NCBI GenBank assembly: GCA_002293725.1
Contig: DBDU01000026.1
Location: 6,313-70,312, forward strand
Reading direction: 5' to 3'
Length of the DNA: 64,000 nt
From: Patescibacteria group bacterium UBA924
GTDB lineage: Bacteria; Patescibacteriota; Microgenomatia; UBA1400; PJMF01
In this document: positions 46,645 through 56,083 of the stretch, one piece after another
How the letters are laid out: each line of letters opens with the position of its first letter
How positions within the stretch are numbered: position 1 is the stretch's first letter
Program-made: the position numbers and the translations under genes
Notes under the pieces: model-generated
What the model saw: only the letters and a program-made list of their open reading frames with translations
Told to the model about the DNA's origin: nothing
The model's database searches: none

Positions 46645-49600
46645 TTAATGTCCGTTCTTCTTATCACCTTCAGCTACTTCACCAATTTTCTTCCAGTCAT
46701 GCTCATAGTAGTGAGTATCAACCACAAACTGCTCAACCGTACCTACTAAACCACGGTCTCTCATCATCTGTTCTACAGCGTCTCTAGCATATGCACGAAC
46801 AATTTTTTTACTAAGGTTCTTTTGCTCTTCCATGTCTCCACCAAAGTCTGGTCCTAAGAAAGACTCCAAAGCCATATCACACATTTCTAAAAACAACTCT
46901 CGGTGAGCAAAGTCCATCGGCTTAGCTCCAGAGATCGTCTCAATCTCATGACGAACTGTCTCTAACATTCCCGTCATGTAGTGGACAGAGTGACCACCTT
47001 CTACAGACTTGTACCGATACTGATCAAGGTATAAACCAACCGCAATTAACCATGCCTCTACCACGAATTGGCTTTGACCAGCAGCATGCAACGGCTTTCC
47101 TTCATCATCTACACTGCCAATTAAGTCAGCGGCAATTCTGACACCCTCAGGGACAGCTTTGGTTTTTGCCGCGCGTAAATCTTTAGAGTCGGGATATCTG
47201 TTCCGAAGTTCTCGGATAGTCCCTTCAACCTCTCCATGACCATGAGGATCTTCAACCATTCCTCTAAATGGCTTGCGGAAAACATTCAGCAAAAGCTCGC
47301 TGACTGGAAGCACATCTTCGCCAGGTAAACGAGGCCCCGCACCAGTGCTGATTTTGTCAGAATAGTAACGAGCACCGGCTTGCGTAATCTTAGAGAATCC
47401 CATTCCGCCTTCTTTTTTCGACAGGTCGTCAATGGTCATGTGGGTAATAACCACTTTTTTGCGGAAAACTTCATCAATATGCACGGCTTCTGCAGCGAGA
47501 CTCTCTGGAGAAGATCTCAATGTACGGAACTTTCTCCATAAATCTTTAATATCTTCAGGAAAGTCACTTTTAACCGTTCGTTTATGGATGTTGTTCTTTG
47601 CTAAGTGAGTTTCGTGAATCGGTGGAAAGACTGCTTTGGTGTCTCTGGTAGAAAGAAACTCCATCCAAACTTTTCCATCACTCGCTGCTCCTGCCCAAAA
47701 CCGACCGTGCTGTGCAGTCATCGTGTCGAAACGGACATACTGTGGATCTACCATGGAGTCGACAATCTGTCTGTCTGACAAAGCAATCATATGTGCCCTA
47801 TCAGGATTTCTTTTCTTGATTGCCTGTCTGCGTGCATGTTTAAGATAGTTACGTGGCACCCGAATAAACATCATCTCTGAGATGTCTTTCGGATTCGCTG
47901 GATCATACATTGCAGCATGTTCCGGTTTAACCCGGATAATTTTGTAACGACTATTCACGGCCATGTTTTGAGCGATTTTCTTAAGCTCATCCAAAACCAT
48001 CTCGTCAATCTCACTCTTCTTCGCTTTCGGATGTGCTGTTTCTAAGCTACTACGAATTAGCGGCTGTTCCGCTTCTAAAGTATCTACAAGATCCGTCAAA
48101 CGATCAATTTCCTCTTGATCGATATTTGTTTTCTTAGACTTTAACGATTCCAAAGCCGCTATTCTTCTCTTGATATCCTGAATCTGTTCCAATGAACTTA
48201 AGTCTTCGTACTCACCTACAGCAAACTGACGGGACTCAATGATGAACTTCGTAATCTGGGTAATTCTTCTTTCCAACGTCTGTCTCTTTGGATCCCCCAC
48301 TTTGAGCGCTTTGGCTTTGGTTCGCATGTCATTACGCTCTTCAATAACCTGTTCAAGCGTATAACTCTCATATTTATCGGGAGAGAGCTCCACGTACATA
48401 TGAATAAAGTCACTTCGTGTAGGCCAGATACGACTGACTTGATCTAAACCAGTGTCTCTCCACTCATAATCCGTATTCATTCTGGTATGTGCTACTTTGG
48501 TAGCATACTCACCAGTGTTAATGTACCAAGCCAACTTAGAGTCAAGACCGTCATCGTCATAATCAAAGTTACGCAAAGTAAATACACTGGTCCAGGTAGC
48601 GATCTTCCAAGCTAAATCGACCACACTTCCATCTCTAAACTCACCAGGTTTCTTAGGATCTTTTACACGAATTCCTGCCGGAATCTCCTCAATCAGCTTG
48701 TCACGAACTTGTTGAATTTCAGTAGATTTATCACGACGAGAAAGGAAAACAAGGTCAGGGATTTCCCGTTCTATGCCACCAATAAAGTGATTGACGTAAT
48801 CTGGAATACGCCAGTACGTTTCTCGGCCGCCATCCTTTTCAAAAAGTTTGTGCAGCTCTGTTTCCACTTCACCATCAGCACCTTTTCGATGTACCTGTTT
48901 GTAAAATGGACCCAAGTCCCAGTTATAGTAACCTCCAGTATCCTGTTTTTCATCACCAACCAACTTCACAATCGCCATTGGGTTATCGCCGCTCTGCCAG
49001 TTCCCAGTTTCACGCATGGCATTGACGTAGTTATGCATTGCTTCAATATGCAAAATCCGGTACTTCCACATCGTTACCCATTCAAGGATTGTTTCGTGAG
49101 AAGCCCCCGACATAATCTCTGCCCATGGAAAATCTGTAATTAACGTGTCCACTGTTTTATTTACATCCATCTCACGACTGGGAATGTTGAACTTTAGTTG
49201 CCATAGTTTGAGATCATCCGCCGGTAGTGCAAAAACTTGTTGACCAGAAGCAACGGAAGCTGAAAAGACTTCGCTTCCCAGATAGTTAGTAAGACCCAAT
49301 ATAAACTCCGTCATGAATGCATTAAGTCCGTGTTTTTTGACGTATTCCGACATCTCCAAAAAGTCGGGCATGTATGGATTTCGCTCTTTCAGTTTGGTAT
49401 AGATTAGCCGTGTAACCTCTTGTTTCGCTAACTCACTCTCGTCTTTCGCAGACTCAGCTTTGGAACGACCTGCCTTTTGATCTTGTCGTTCAATTAACTC
49501 TTGGACGCGTGCAATTTCTGTCTCAAGATACTTTATCTTGGCTGATTGAAGGTTCTTATTAAACTGAGAGTCAGGATCGGAAACTGGGTACTCAACTACC

Positions 49601-50757
49601 GAAACAATATTCTGTTGGTTACGTAAAAAGGCAAGCACTCTTCTTAAAGCAGGTGTTTCGACGGCATCATCAATAGGCGAGTTGGTATCTAATTTTTTCT
49701 TAAAGTCTTGAAGGAACTGCTTGTAAGGACGCTCAGGCTCTCCATCAATGTATATCGTGTATTCTTGAATGACATCTGCCTGCCAACGTGTAAACTGCGG
49801 AATGAGTTCTGGGTAAGAAACAAGATCAATGATGAACAGTATTTCTCGAACTCGATCTTCCTTTAAGTTGTAGTCATCTAGTGGCTTATTTTCATTGATT
49901 GATGGAGCTATTTTCTTTTCTTTTACTAACCTGGCTTTTTCTTCTAATAATGCTCTCAATGACTCTTGAAGTTTCAGTGCTCCTTCCGGAACAGCAGCAT
50001 CCCCAGGTTCATTTCCCTCATACGACTGGGTTAGCTTTAAGAGGTTTGCAAGAGCGTCTGGATTATCAACTATCCACTTCGTCATTCGATCAATAAGAGT
50101 AGGATCTGCACCCTTGCCCAGCTTATCGATAATAAGAGATCCTAACTCGTCAGTCTCATCTTTAGTTAAAGTTGCTACATCCTGATAGAGAGATTTATTG
50201 TCTATAACGCCCGGGTACTCAGTAGCCAGATCAGCTAGCTTTTGCTGCGCTTGCTCTATAAAGAAGCCGGTAGGATGAATCTTAAGTCCTCTGAACTCTT
50301 CCCGATGTGCAGCAAAGTCTGTAGAGCCCCCTTCTTTTTCTTGATACAAAGTAGCTTGAAGTTCCAAAAATTGAGAGAAAAAGGTAGAAATCTGCAAAGC
50401 ATCTAGCACAATCGCATCGCTGACAACGTTATACTCTACTCTGAGCTTCTGGACTCTTTCCAAAGACTTGTATAAACGACGAGTAACGTATCGGCGGAAA
50501 GTTACAACTTCGTCATCTGTTGCTTTATATTTATTTTTCAACAGACGAACAATTACATCATGGGAATCATCGGTGAGTACGTCAATATATCCATATAACA
50601 ACTTAAAATCTGCTTCTGTGATTTTTTCATTTTTGGCCACCAAACGATTCTCGAGGTCTTCAACAATAAGATTGATTTCCTCAAGTGTATTCTTTGTTCT
50701 TTGATACTCGGCCGAAGCAACACGCTGAACTTCAGCTTCCTTTAAGAATTCTGCCAT
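46645..50757 (-). CDS. Large hypothetical protein (1370 aa), charged and helical, no signal peptide
   Basis: Long uninterrupted ORF; no motif recognised. Confidence 0.85.
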   Translation of the reverse strand: MAEFLKEAEVQRVASAEYQRTKNTLEEINLIVEDLENRLVAKNEKITEADFKLLYGYIDVLTDDSHDVIVRLLKNKYKATDDEVVTFRRYVTRRLYKSLERVQKLRVEYNVVSDAIVLDALQISTFFSQFLELQATLYQEKEGGSTDFAAHREEFRGLKIHPTGFFIEQAQQKLADLATEYPGVIDNKSLYQDVATLTKDETDELGSLIIDKLGKGADPTLIDRMTKWIVDNPDALANLLKLTQSYEGNEPGDAAVPEGALKLQESLRALLEEKARLVKEKKIAPSINENKPLDDYNLKEDRVREILFIIDLVSYPELIPQFTRWQADVIQEYTIYIDGEPERPYKQFLQDFKKKLDTNSPIDDAVETPALRRVLAFLRNQQNIVSVVEYPVSDPDSQFNKNLQSAKIKYLETEIARVQELIERQDQKAGRSKAESAKDESELAKQEVTRLIYTKLKERNPYMPDFLEMSEYVKKHGLNAFMTEFILGLTNYLGSEVFSASVASGQQVFALPADDLKLWQLKFNIPSREMDVNKTVDTLITDFPWAEIMSGASHETILEWVTMWKYRILHIEAMHNYVNAMRETGNWQSGDNPMAIVKLVGDEKQDTGGYYNWDLGPFYKQVHRKGADGEVETELHKLFEKDGGRETYWRIPDYVNHFIGGIEREIPDLVFLSRRDKSTEIQQVRDKLIEEIPAGIRVKDPKKPGEFRDGSVVDLAWKIATWTSVFTLRNFDYDDDGLDSKLAWYINTGEYATKVAHTRMNTDYEWRDTGLDQVSRIWPTRSDFIHMYVELSPDKYESYTLEQVIEERNDMRTKAKALKVGDPKRQTLERRITQITKFIIESRQFAVGEYEDLSSLEQIQDIKRRIAALESLKSKKTNIDQEEIDRLTDLVDTLEAEQPLIRSSLETAHPKAKKSEIDEMVLDELKKIAQNMAVNSRYKIIRVKPEHAAMYDPANPKDISEMMFIRVPRNYLKHARRQAIKKRNPDRAHMIALSDRQIVDSMVDPQYVRFDTMTAQHGRFWAGAASDGKVWMEFLSTRDTKAVFPPIHETHLAKNNIHKRTVKSDFPEDIKDLWRKFRTLRSSPESLAAEAVHIDEVFRKKVVITHMTIDDLSKKEGGMGFSKITQAGARYYSDKISTGAGPRLPGEDVLPVSELLLNVFRKPFRGMVEDPHGHGEVEGTIRELRNRYPDSKDLRAAKTKAVPEGVRIAADLIGSVDDEGKPLHAAGQSQFVVEAWLIAVGLYLDQYRYKSVEGGHSVHYMTGMLETVRHEIETISGAKPMDFAHRELFLEMCDMALESFLGPDFGGDMEEQKNLSKKIVRAYARDAVEQMMRDRGLVGTVEQFVVDTHYYEHDWKKIGEVAEGDKKNGH

Positions 50758-50775
50758 GTTTCTTTTTTTCTACGC

Positions 50776-52356
50776 TTAAGCTGCAATTTTTTGCAACAGT
50801 GCCGTAATGTCTTCTTTTTTCTGAGCTGGAGGAGGTTTTATCCCGTCATAAAGTTTTGGCACTTCTGATGCAACTAAGAGCAGAGCCATCTGTTCAACAG
50901 CCGTTGCATCATTAGGGTTGAAACCTTCTACTTCATCTTTACTTGCAGTTCCACTTAATAAGTTATTAAACCGATTAAATGCAACCCCTAATACTCTCGC
51001 ACGAGACTGTTCCGCTGTTGCAAGCATGTTCATCTTGGCATCTTCGTCAAGAGATTCTGGAACGAGTGTTCTAGCTTCTTCATATACTGCTTTCAGTTTT
51101 TTCTTTACGTCACCCTCACCAGATTCTGGTGCCTTTGGCGGTTCGGGCGCTGATTCTACTTTTTCGTCACTCGCTTCATCAGTAGCTACGTCCTCTGGGC
51201 TGACACCTGGCTCTGGTGCAGGTTCCGTAGCTGGTTCTTCTGTCCCAATCACCTCCGTTAAAGCAAAGATACGAGCTTTGTTTTTCTCCACCCAAATCTT
51301 GAGGTTAGCGAGGGCCTTCTTTCTACCATCTTCATCTTCTTCGTTAAATTCTTTCTCAAGATCTTGAGCTTTGCGTTTGAATGCAGTCTCATTAGCCATA
51401 GCTTGGGCAGTCCCTGTTAACTCAAAAGAAATGACTCCCAAACCTTTGACATAAGCCAAAAATGGAATCAGAGCATCTTCTCGTTCACGAGCCAAGTCTG
51501 TATCTGTAGGAGGAGTAGACTCATCAATCATCTCCACGAGCTCATTAAAAGAGATCTTCAAGGCGTCTTTTACGGGTCTGTGAATGCTAGATCGCATCTT
51601 TCTTTCTAATCGTTGAGTGCGGCTCATGTTAATCATTTGCAAGCCCTTCTCAACCCATCGGCCTACCTTCTCTTTAATACCTGTTTCAGCATCGTCTTCT
51701 TGGTCACTATCTTCCTCAGGAGTAGGTGTGGTATCGACTGGAGAAACTGGTTCTACGTTTGCTGGGGGTACATCTGGAGTCTCAGGTGTGCCAGCAGCTG
51801 GACGAGCCTTCACCAGATCAAGCACATCTCGCATTTTTTGAATTAAGGTCAGCATGTGCTCTGGGGTAACCGTACCCGCTTCCTCAACAGAAACAACTAA
51901 CTCATCCAGGTCACCTTCGATACTATCGGCTAAGTTTTCCAGAGGGAGAGTCCCTTCCGCACGTTGGTAAACAACATCTAACTCACCCATTAATTCTTGC
52001 AAGCGAATAGCGAGGGGTTTGTCTTCAAATGAAGCTGTCGTGTAATCGATGTCCGGATCTGATTCATCTAAATTATCAAGTAAAAGTACTAAGTTTGCTC
52101 TCTCCTCTTTAATGACTTTCCCTTTTGCGCTACGAGCTTCTTTTTGTAAGGCTCCCACTTTTCGACGTAACTCCACAAGCTCGTCACGAACTTCTAATAC
52201 TCTCTCTTTAGAAGGTTTACGGGATTTCTTTAACTCTGCAACTGTGCCACGGGCTGCATTAACTTCATCTTCTAAAGGTTTGTATGAATCTACAATTTCT
52301 TGGGTGCTTCGAAGTGTTTCGCTTCCTGTTTCAGGACTTAAAGGGGCGGTTGTCAT
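50776..52356 (-). CDS. Acidic coiled-coil hypothetical protein (526 aa)
   Basis: Long ORF, GAGGA SD, helical blocks separated by P/E/T-rich linkers. Confidence 0.8.
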   Translation of the reverse strand: MTTAPLSPETGSETLRSTQEIVDSYKPLEDEVNAARGTVAELKKSRKPSKERVLEVRDELVELRRKVGALQKEARSAKGKVIKEERANLVLLLDNLDESDPDIDYTTASFEDKPLAIRLQELMGELDVVYQRAEGTLPLENLADSIEGDLDELVVSVEEAGTVTPEHMLTLIQKMRDVLDLVKARPAAGTPETPDVPPANVEPVSPVDTTPTPEEDSDQEDDAETGIKEKVGRWVEKGLQMINMSRTQRLERKMRSSIHRPVKDALKISFNELVEMIDESTPPTDTDLAREREDALIPFLAYVKGLGVISFELTGTAQAMANETAFKRKAQDLEKEFNEEDEDGRKKALANLKIWVEKNKARIFALTEVIGTEEPATEPAPEPGVSPEDVATDEASDEKVESAPEPPKAPESGEGDVKKKLKAVYEEARTLVPESLDEDAKMNMLATAEQSRARVLGVAFNRFNNLLSGTASKDEVEGFNPNDATAVEQMALLLVASEVPKLYDGIKPPPAQKKEDITALLQKIAA

Positions 52357-52408
52357 AGTTCCTCACTTACATTCTTTACAATTACAACTTGATCCAGATG
52401 ACGAGGAA

Positions 52409-52417
52409 ATTATAGCA
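52409..52417 (-). promoter_or_regulatory. Extended -10 promoter (TGCTATAAT) for the 526-aa/1370-aa genes
   Basis: attatagca on the + strand; TTGCCA lies 19 nt upstream on the minus strand. Confidence 0.55.
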
Positions 52418-52502
52418 CCAGGAAAGAGGTCTGTGGCAAGGAAAGAACTGCCGTTTCTTCAATTGACAAACCTATAAAAAGTAGGTCAAAGTAAGCTCAG
52501 AT

Positions 52503-54023
52503 ATGAATGAGAATGAGTACGAGCGACCACCAGAAGAAACCCCTGCTCCTGAACCAGTTGAAGCTCCCGCGGATATTCCTTCTGTAAACCCACCTACCCC
52601 AGAGACAACTCCTCCTGTTGCCACACCACCTGTAGAAGCTGGTGATAGCCCCATATCAAGGCTCACTACTCCCGAAGACGCCTCTGTCGATATTCCCATT
52701 GAGGGAAGCGCTGAAGAAAATGCCGAGGGCCAACCAGACACTCCAGAAGGAGAAGAAGCTGCTACTCCTCAACCAGAAAAAAGCTTATCGGAAAAGGAAA
52801 AAGAGTTGGCCGAGAATAAAGCGCGCGAAAAAGTCTACTTTTTATTGAAAACGCGCTTTGAGATGAGCGATGAAGATATTCAAAAAGAGCTAGGGAATTT
52901 GAGCTTGGAAGAGCTGTTTGATTTTTACACCGACCTCTATCCCGATTTTGTGAATGATCTTAATACTTTAGAAGAGGCCATTCACACCGTCGTTTTGCAA
53001 GAAGCTACTGCCCATGCGGAAGCCCAGGCAGCTGAAAAAGAACAAGATGATACTAGAGAAGGCGACGATGCTGATGAAGAAGTTCCTGTTGAGGAATCAG
53101 CTCCCGAAGCCATCTCCCAAGAGGGCGAAGATGACGCTACTGAAGCCAAAGATGCCGTCACAGAAGAAAGCGAGACTCCTGAACAAAAGAGCATGCGTCA
53201 GGCAAAAGAGCTCGTTCAACGACAAGCGGCCTGGGATATCTATCGTAAGAATCACCTAGAGACATTTATCAAAGAAAACTTAGTAGACGAAACCAAGTAC
53301 CCACCCGATAAGTTCCCTAATGGACCTCAGTACGAAGATCTCGATGATGAGGATAAGGCTAAAGTTGAGGCTGCATTTAAGGAGTTCTGGACTCAAGACT
53401 ACCTCCCTGAAAATGCAGATACCGAGTTTGCCGATCAAGATCAAGACTCTTTACGCCAAGCACTTAAGAAACTAGGGAAAGAAATTTGGGTCAAAGGCGC
53501 ATCGACGACCGATGCCTCAACGTTGCTGAGAACCTTGTTCCTGCAAGGTGCATATCACTCGGGTGGTCACTCCAGCGAAGCATTCGCTCAGGATGAAAAT
53601 GACCGCGGTACAGCTATTGACGTTGCTCGCTTCCGAGAGATGTGCGGTTGGAAAGATGGTGAAGGGAGTGAAGATAACAAGAAAAAGTGGATGCAGCTCT
53701 GTGCCATCATCTATAACCAACTGCAGAAGGCAGATAATAATGAAGGTGAAGTTGTTGCAGTAAGCGAGTGGACAGATGGCGAAGCACTTGAACCAAACGA
53801 GATGAAAGAGCACATGGAAGAGCTCTATGAAGCTTGTGTAACCTCAGGAAAAGAAAAAGTGAATCGCGCGTTAGTAGAAGCTTTCGATACAACTAAGAAC
53901 GGTGGAATTGCCCTCACTAAACCAGGTGTTCTGGGTGGAGAAGTTCATGCCTCACAAGAGCTGATCGTTCACTTCCAGATGATGGCCAATCACAGCGACT
54001 ATCTACAGAACTTCTTTTCATAA
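52503..54023 (+). CDS. Very acidic hypothetical protein (506 aa)
   Basis: Long ORF, E/D/P-rich N-terminus, no TM. Confidence 0.8.
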   Translation: MNENEYERPPEETPAPEPVEAPADIPSVNPPTPETTPPVATPPVEAGDSPISRLTTPEDASVDIPIEGSAEENAEGQPDTPEGEEAATPQPEKSLSEKEKELAENKAREKVYFLLKTRFEMSDEDIQKELGNLSLEELFDFYTDLYPDFVNDLNTLEEAIHTVVLQEATAHAEAQAAEKEQDDTREGDDADEEVPVEESAPEAISQEGEDDATEAKDAVTEESETPEQKSMRQAKELVQRQAAWDIYRKNHLETFIKENLVDETKYPPDKFPNGPQYEDLDDEDKAKVEAAFKEFWTQDYLPENADTEFADQDQDSLRQALKKLGKEIWVKGASTTDASTLLRTLFLQGAYHSGGHSSEAFAQDENDRGTAIDVARFREMCGWKDGEGSEDNKKKWMQLCAIIYNQLQKADNNEGEVVAVSEWTDGEALEPNEMKEHMEELYEACVTSGKEKVNRALVEAFDTTKNGGIALTKPGVLGGEVHASQELIVHFQMMANHSDYLQNFFS

Positions 54024-54068
54024 GCCACGATTACATATTCCCTCCGCCTTTTTTTTGTGGTAGAAAAA

Positions 54069-54236
54069 GCCCACTCATTTTCGGAATCGGGTGAAAGTCC
54101 CGAACTGTGCCGCAACGGTAACTTTTTCGCTAAGTCGTAAAAGAAGTCCGATCGGAAAGTGAGTGCTAAAGGACGAGCATCCATATGCACATACACTGCG
54201 TGTTTGTCGGCTCTGCTCCTCTTCTGAGGAGCTTTT
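54069..54236 (+). ncRNA. Cobalamin-riboswitch-like RNA (compact form) with expression platform
   Basis: Basal stem CACTCATTTT/AAAGTGAGTG; GGAA; T-loop hairpin TCGGG-TGAAAGT-CCCGA; ACTGTGCCGCAACGGTAA; CTTTT..AAAAG stem; AAGTCCG. TGTGC (54106-10) is complementary to GCACA (54187-91). Hairpin GCTCCTC-TTCT-GAGGAGC covers the SD. Confidence 0.8.
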
Positions 54237-56075
54237 ATGTCTAAGGAGCAACTTGCTACTTCGCGATGGGACTGGAGTGAGTTGAGCTTTGGTCTGTTGG
54301 GAATGGTGGAACATAGCCGCGAGCGCCTACATAAAGTGCGTTCAAACCTTGAAGGTAGACGCGTAGTAGAGTCGGCTCACAAAAATTGGGACAATACCAA
54401 CTACTGTCGTAGCTTGAGCCAGGACGCGCCACATCAATATACCTACCAACAGCTGTTAGACGTTTTCCCAGCTAACTTCCGCGCTTTCACCGACGAGTAC
54501 TGCCTTGGCACACTAGTTCAAGAGTACCCCTTGGTTGTAGATAAACGCGGTATGTTGGGGCTTGATGATACCTATAAAGAACCATTGACCGATCAAGCTC
54601 CCCGCTTTCAAGAAAAACTATCTCGAACTGGAAAACGACAGCAACGTGGAACGATCGAAACATTTAATAGCCAGCGTTTGGACACCTGGCTTTCCACAGT
54701 TTGTCACAATGAGCAGTACCCATTCGGAACTAAACTTGTTTGGTGCAGCCCTCCTGGATTTAAGGTGGAGGGATATCACGGTACCAGCAGTAAACACCAC
54801 AGCTTCATTTGGGTGTATGAAAAAGAACTCGGCCCTGAGGGGCAACCTCGAATGAGTATGACTCAGTTCCGCTGTTGGCCAAACCTTTCACAGATGGAAA
54901 GAATTCAACACGCCTTGCGATTGAAGGCTCAACCAACCGACGTCTTAGAAGATGCTGTTGTTCCGACCAACAAACTTTCTCGAAGGAACAGTGTTATTGC
55001 CGAGTTTATTGAGCTTCCTGCTGCAATATCGATGGATGAGATCGAAGACACGATCTATGAAACAGAAGACAGTTGGCAGGTACAACGTGAGGACATGCCC
55101 CTTCTTTCAGAAGAGCGACTCTATGCTTTCGCACAGTATCGAGATGACGTTCTTCATCAGTTTTTAATTCCGACATACCAAGCGCTGCTCGCTCCCATGT
55201 CTCAACTACTGGAACCCTACTCTTCTCCTTTTTGGAGATCTCCCGAGTATATTCAGCTTATTCAACAACTGGACCTTGCCTTTGCTATCGCTTGGCAACA
55301 TTTAATGAAGTATGTTGAGGCTGTCGATCAACGGCCAACTGCTCAAGCGCTTCCGGCACTTCCACTGGCAGAGCTGCAGCGAGTGGATCACTTGCGAGAA
55401 ATCTTTGCATTGAAAGTGAAGTCAGATAATGGCGATGCAACTAAAGAGGATCGCAAACGATTTAATGATTTAGCTCCTCAACTTCTTTCTGTAGGTTCAA
55501 CGGCACTAAGTGTCGGCCAATGCGGCATTGGAACGTTGATTCCTGTTCAGCTTTTTAAAGGACTTGAAGGATTTGAGTCACTACAAGGCTTTAGCTCACT
55601 TTCAAAATTAAGCAAGTTCGATATTGCCAAGCTCTCTGCCGCAGAGCAACTTGCTTTTAAAAGCCAAGTCTTGAGCCAATATAAACCACTTACTTTAATT
55701 GGAAAATTTGGTCAAAAAGAAACATTTTGGGTACAAAATGAATATTATCAACAGTATCTGCAGGGTTCGCGTGTCACCAGCTCAGGAGAGTTTATCGGTC
55801 CTTGTGATATTCCACTCACAACTGGTGCAGACAACTTGGTACTCACCAATGCTAAGTATCAAGAACTTTTCCAGGCTGCCACACAGCCCGCACTGCCAGA
55901 CCTTGCTCAGCTCGATCTTGATGAAAAAAACTCACTTTCCCAAGCTCGAACTGAGGATGAACGTGCTCAAATTCGACAAGCTTTCTCAAGCAAACGAAGT
56001 CAGCTAAAGCACAGAGTTTCTGTTACGCAATTGATTAACAATGATCTCTTTCGGCCAACCTTTGCCAGGGTATAA
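54237..56075 (+). CDS. Hypothetical protein (612 aa) downstream of riboswitch-like leader
   Basis: Long ORF with GAGGAG SD; conserved-looking block LVWCSPPG..EGY....HSFIWVY; no TM or B12-binding motif recognised. Confidence 0.85.
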   Translation: MSKEQLATSRWDWSELSFGLLGMVEHSRERLHKVRSNLEGRRVVESAHKNWDNTNYCRSLSQDAPHQYTYQQLLDVFPANFRAFTDEYCLGTLVQEYPLVVDKRGMLGLDDTYKEPLTDQAPRFQEKLSRTGKRQQRGTIETFNSQRLDTWLSTVCHNEQYPFGTKLVWCSPPGFKVEGYHGTSSKHHSFIWVYEKELGPEGQPRMSMTQFRCWPNLSQMERIQHALRLKAQPTDVLEDAVVPTNKLSRRNSVIAEFIELPAAISMDEIEDTIYETEDSWQVQREDMPLLSEERLYAFAQYRDDVLHQFLIPTYQALLAPMSQLLEPYSSPFWRSPEYIQLIQQLDLAFAIAWQHLMKYVEAVDQRPTAQALPALPLAELQRVDHLREIFALKVKSDNGDATKEDRKRFNDLAPQLLSVGSTALSVGQCGIGTLIPVQLFKGLEGFESLQGFSSLSKLSKFDIAKLSAAEQLAFKSQVLSQYKPLTLIGKFGQKETFWVQNEYYQQYLQGSRVTSSGEFIGPCDIPLTTGADNLVLTNAKYQELFQAATQPALPDLAQLDLDEKNSLSQARTEDERAQIRQAFSSKRSQLKHRVSVTQLINNDLFRPTFARV

Positions 56076-56083
56076 TTCGACGT

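Noticed and set aside
52463-52489. Imperfect palindrome TTGAC..ACCTA/TAGGTCAA as an operator
   Set aside because: Short and imperfect, with no convincing second copy in the same arrangement.
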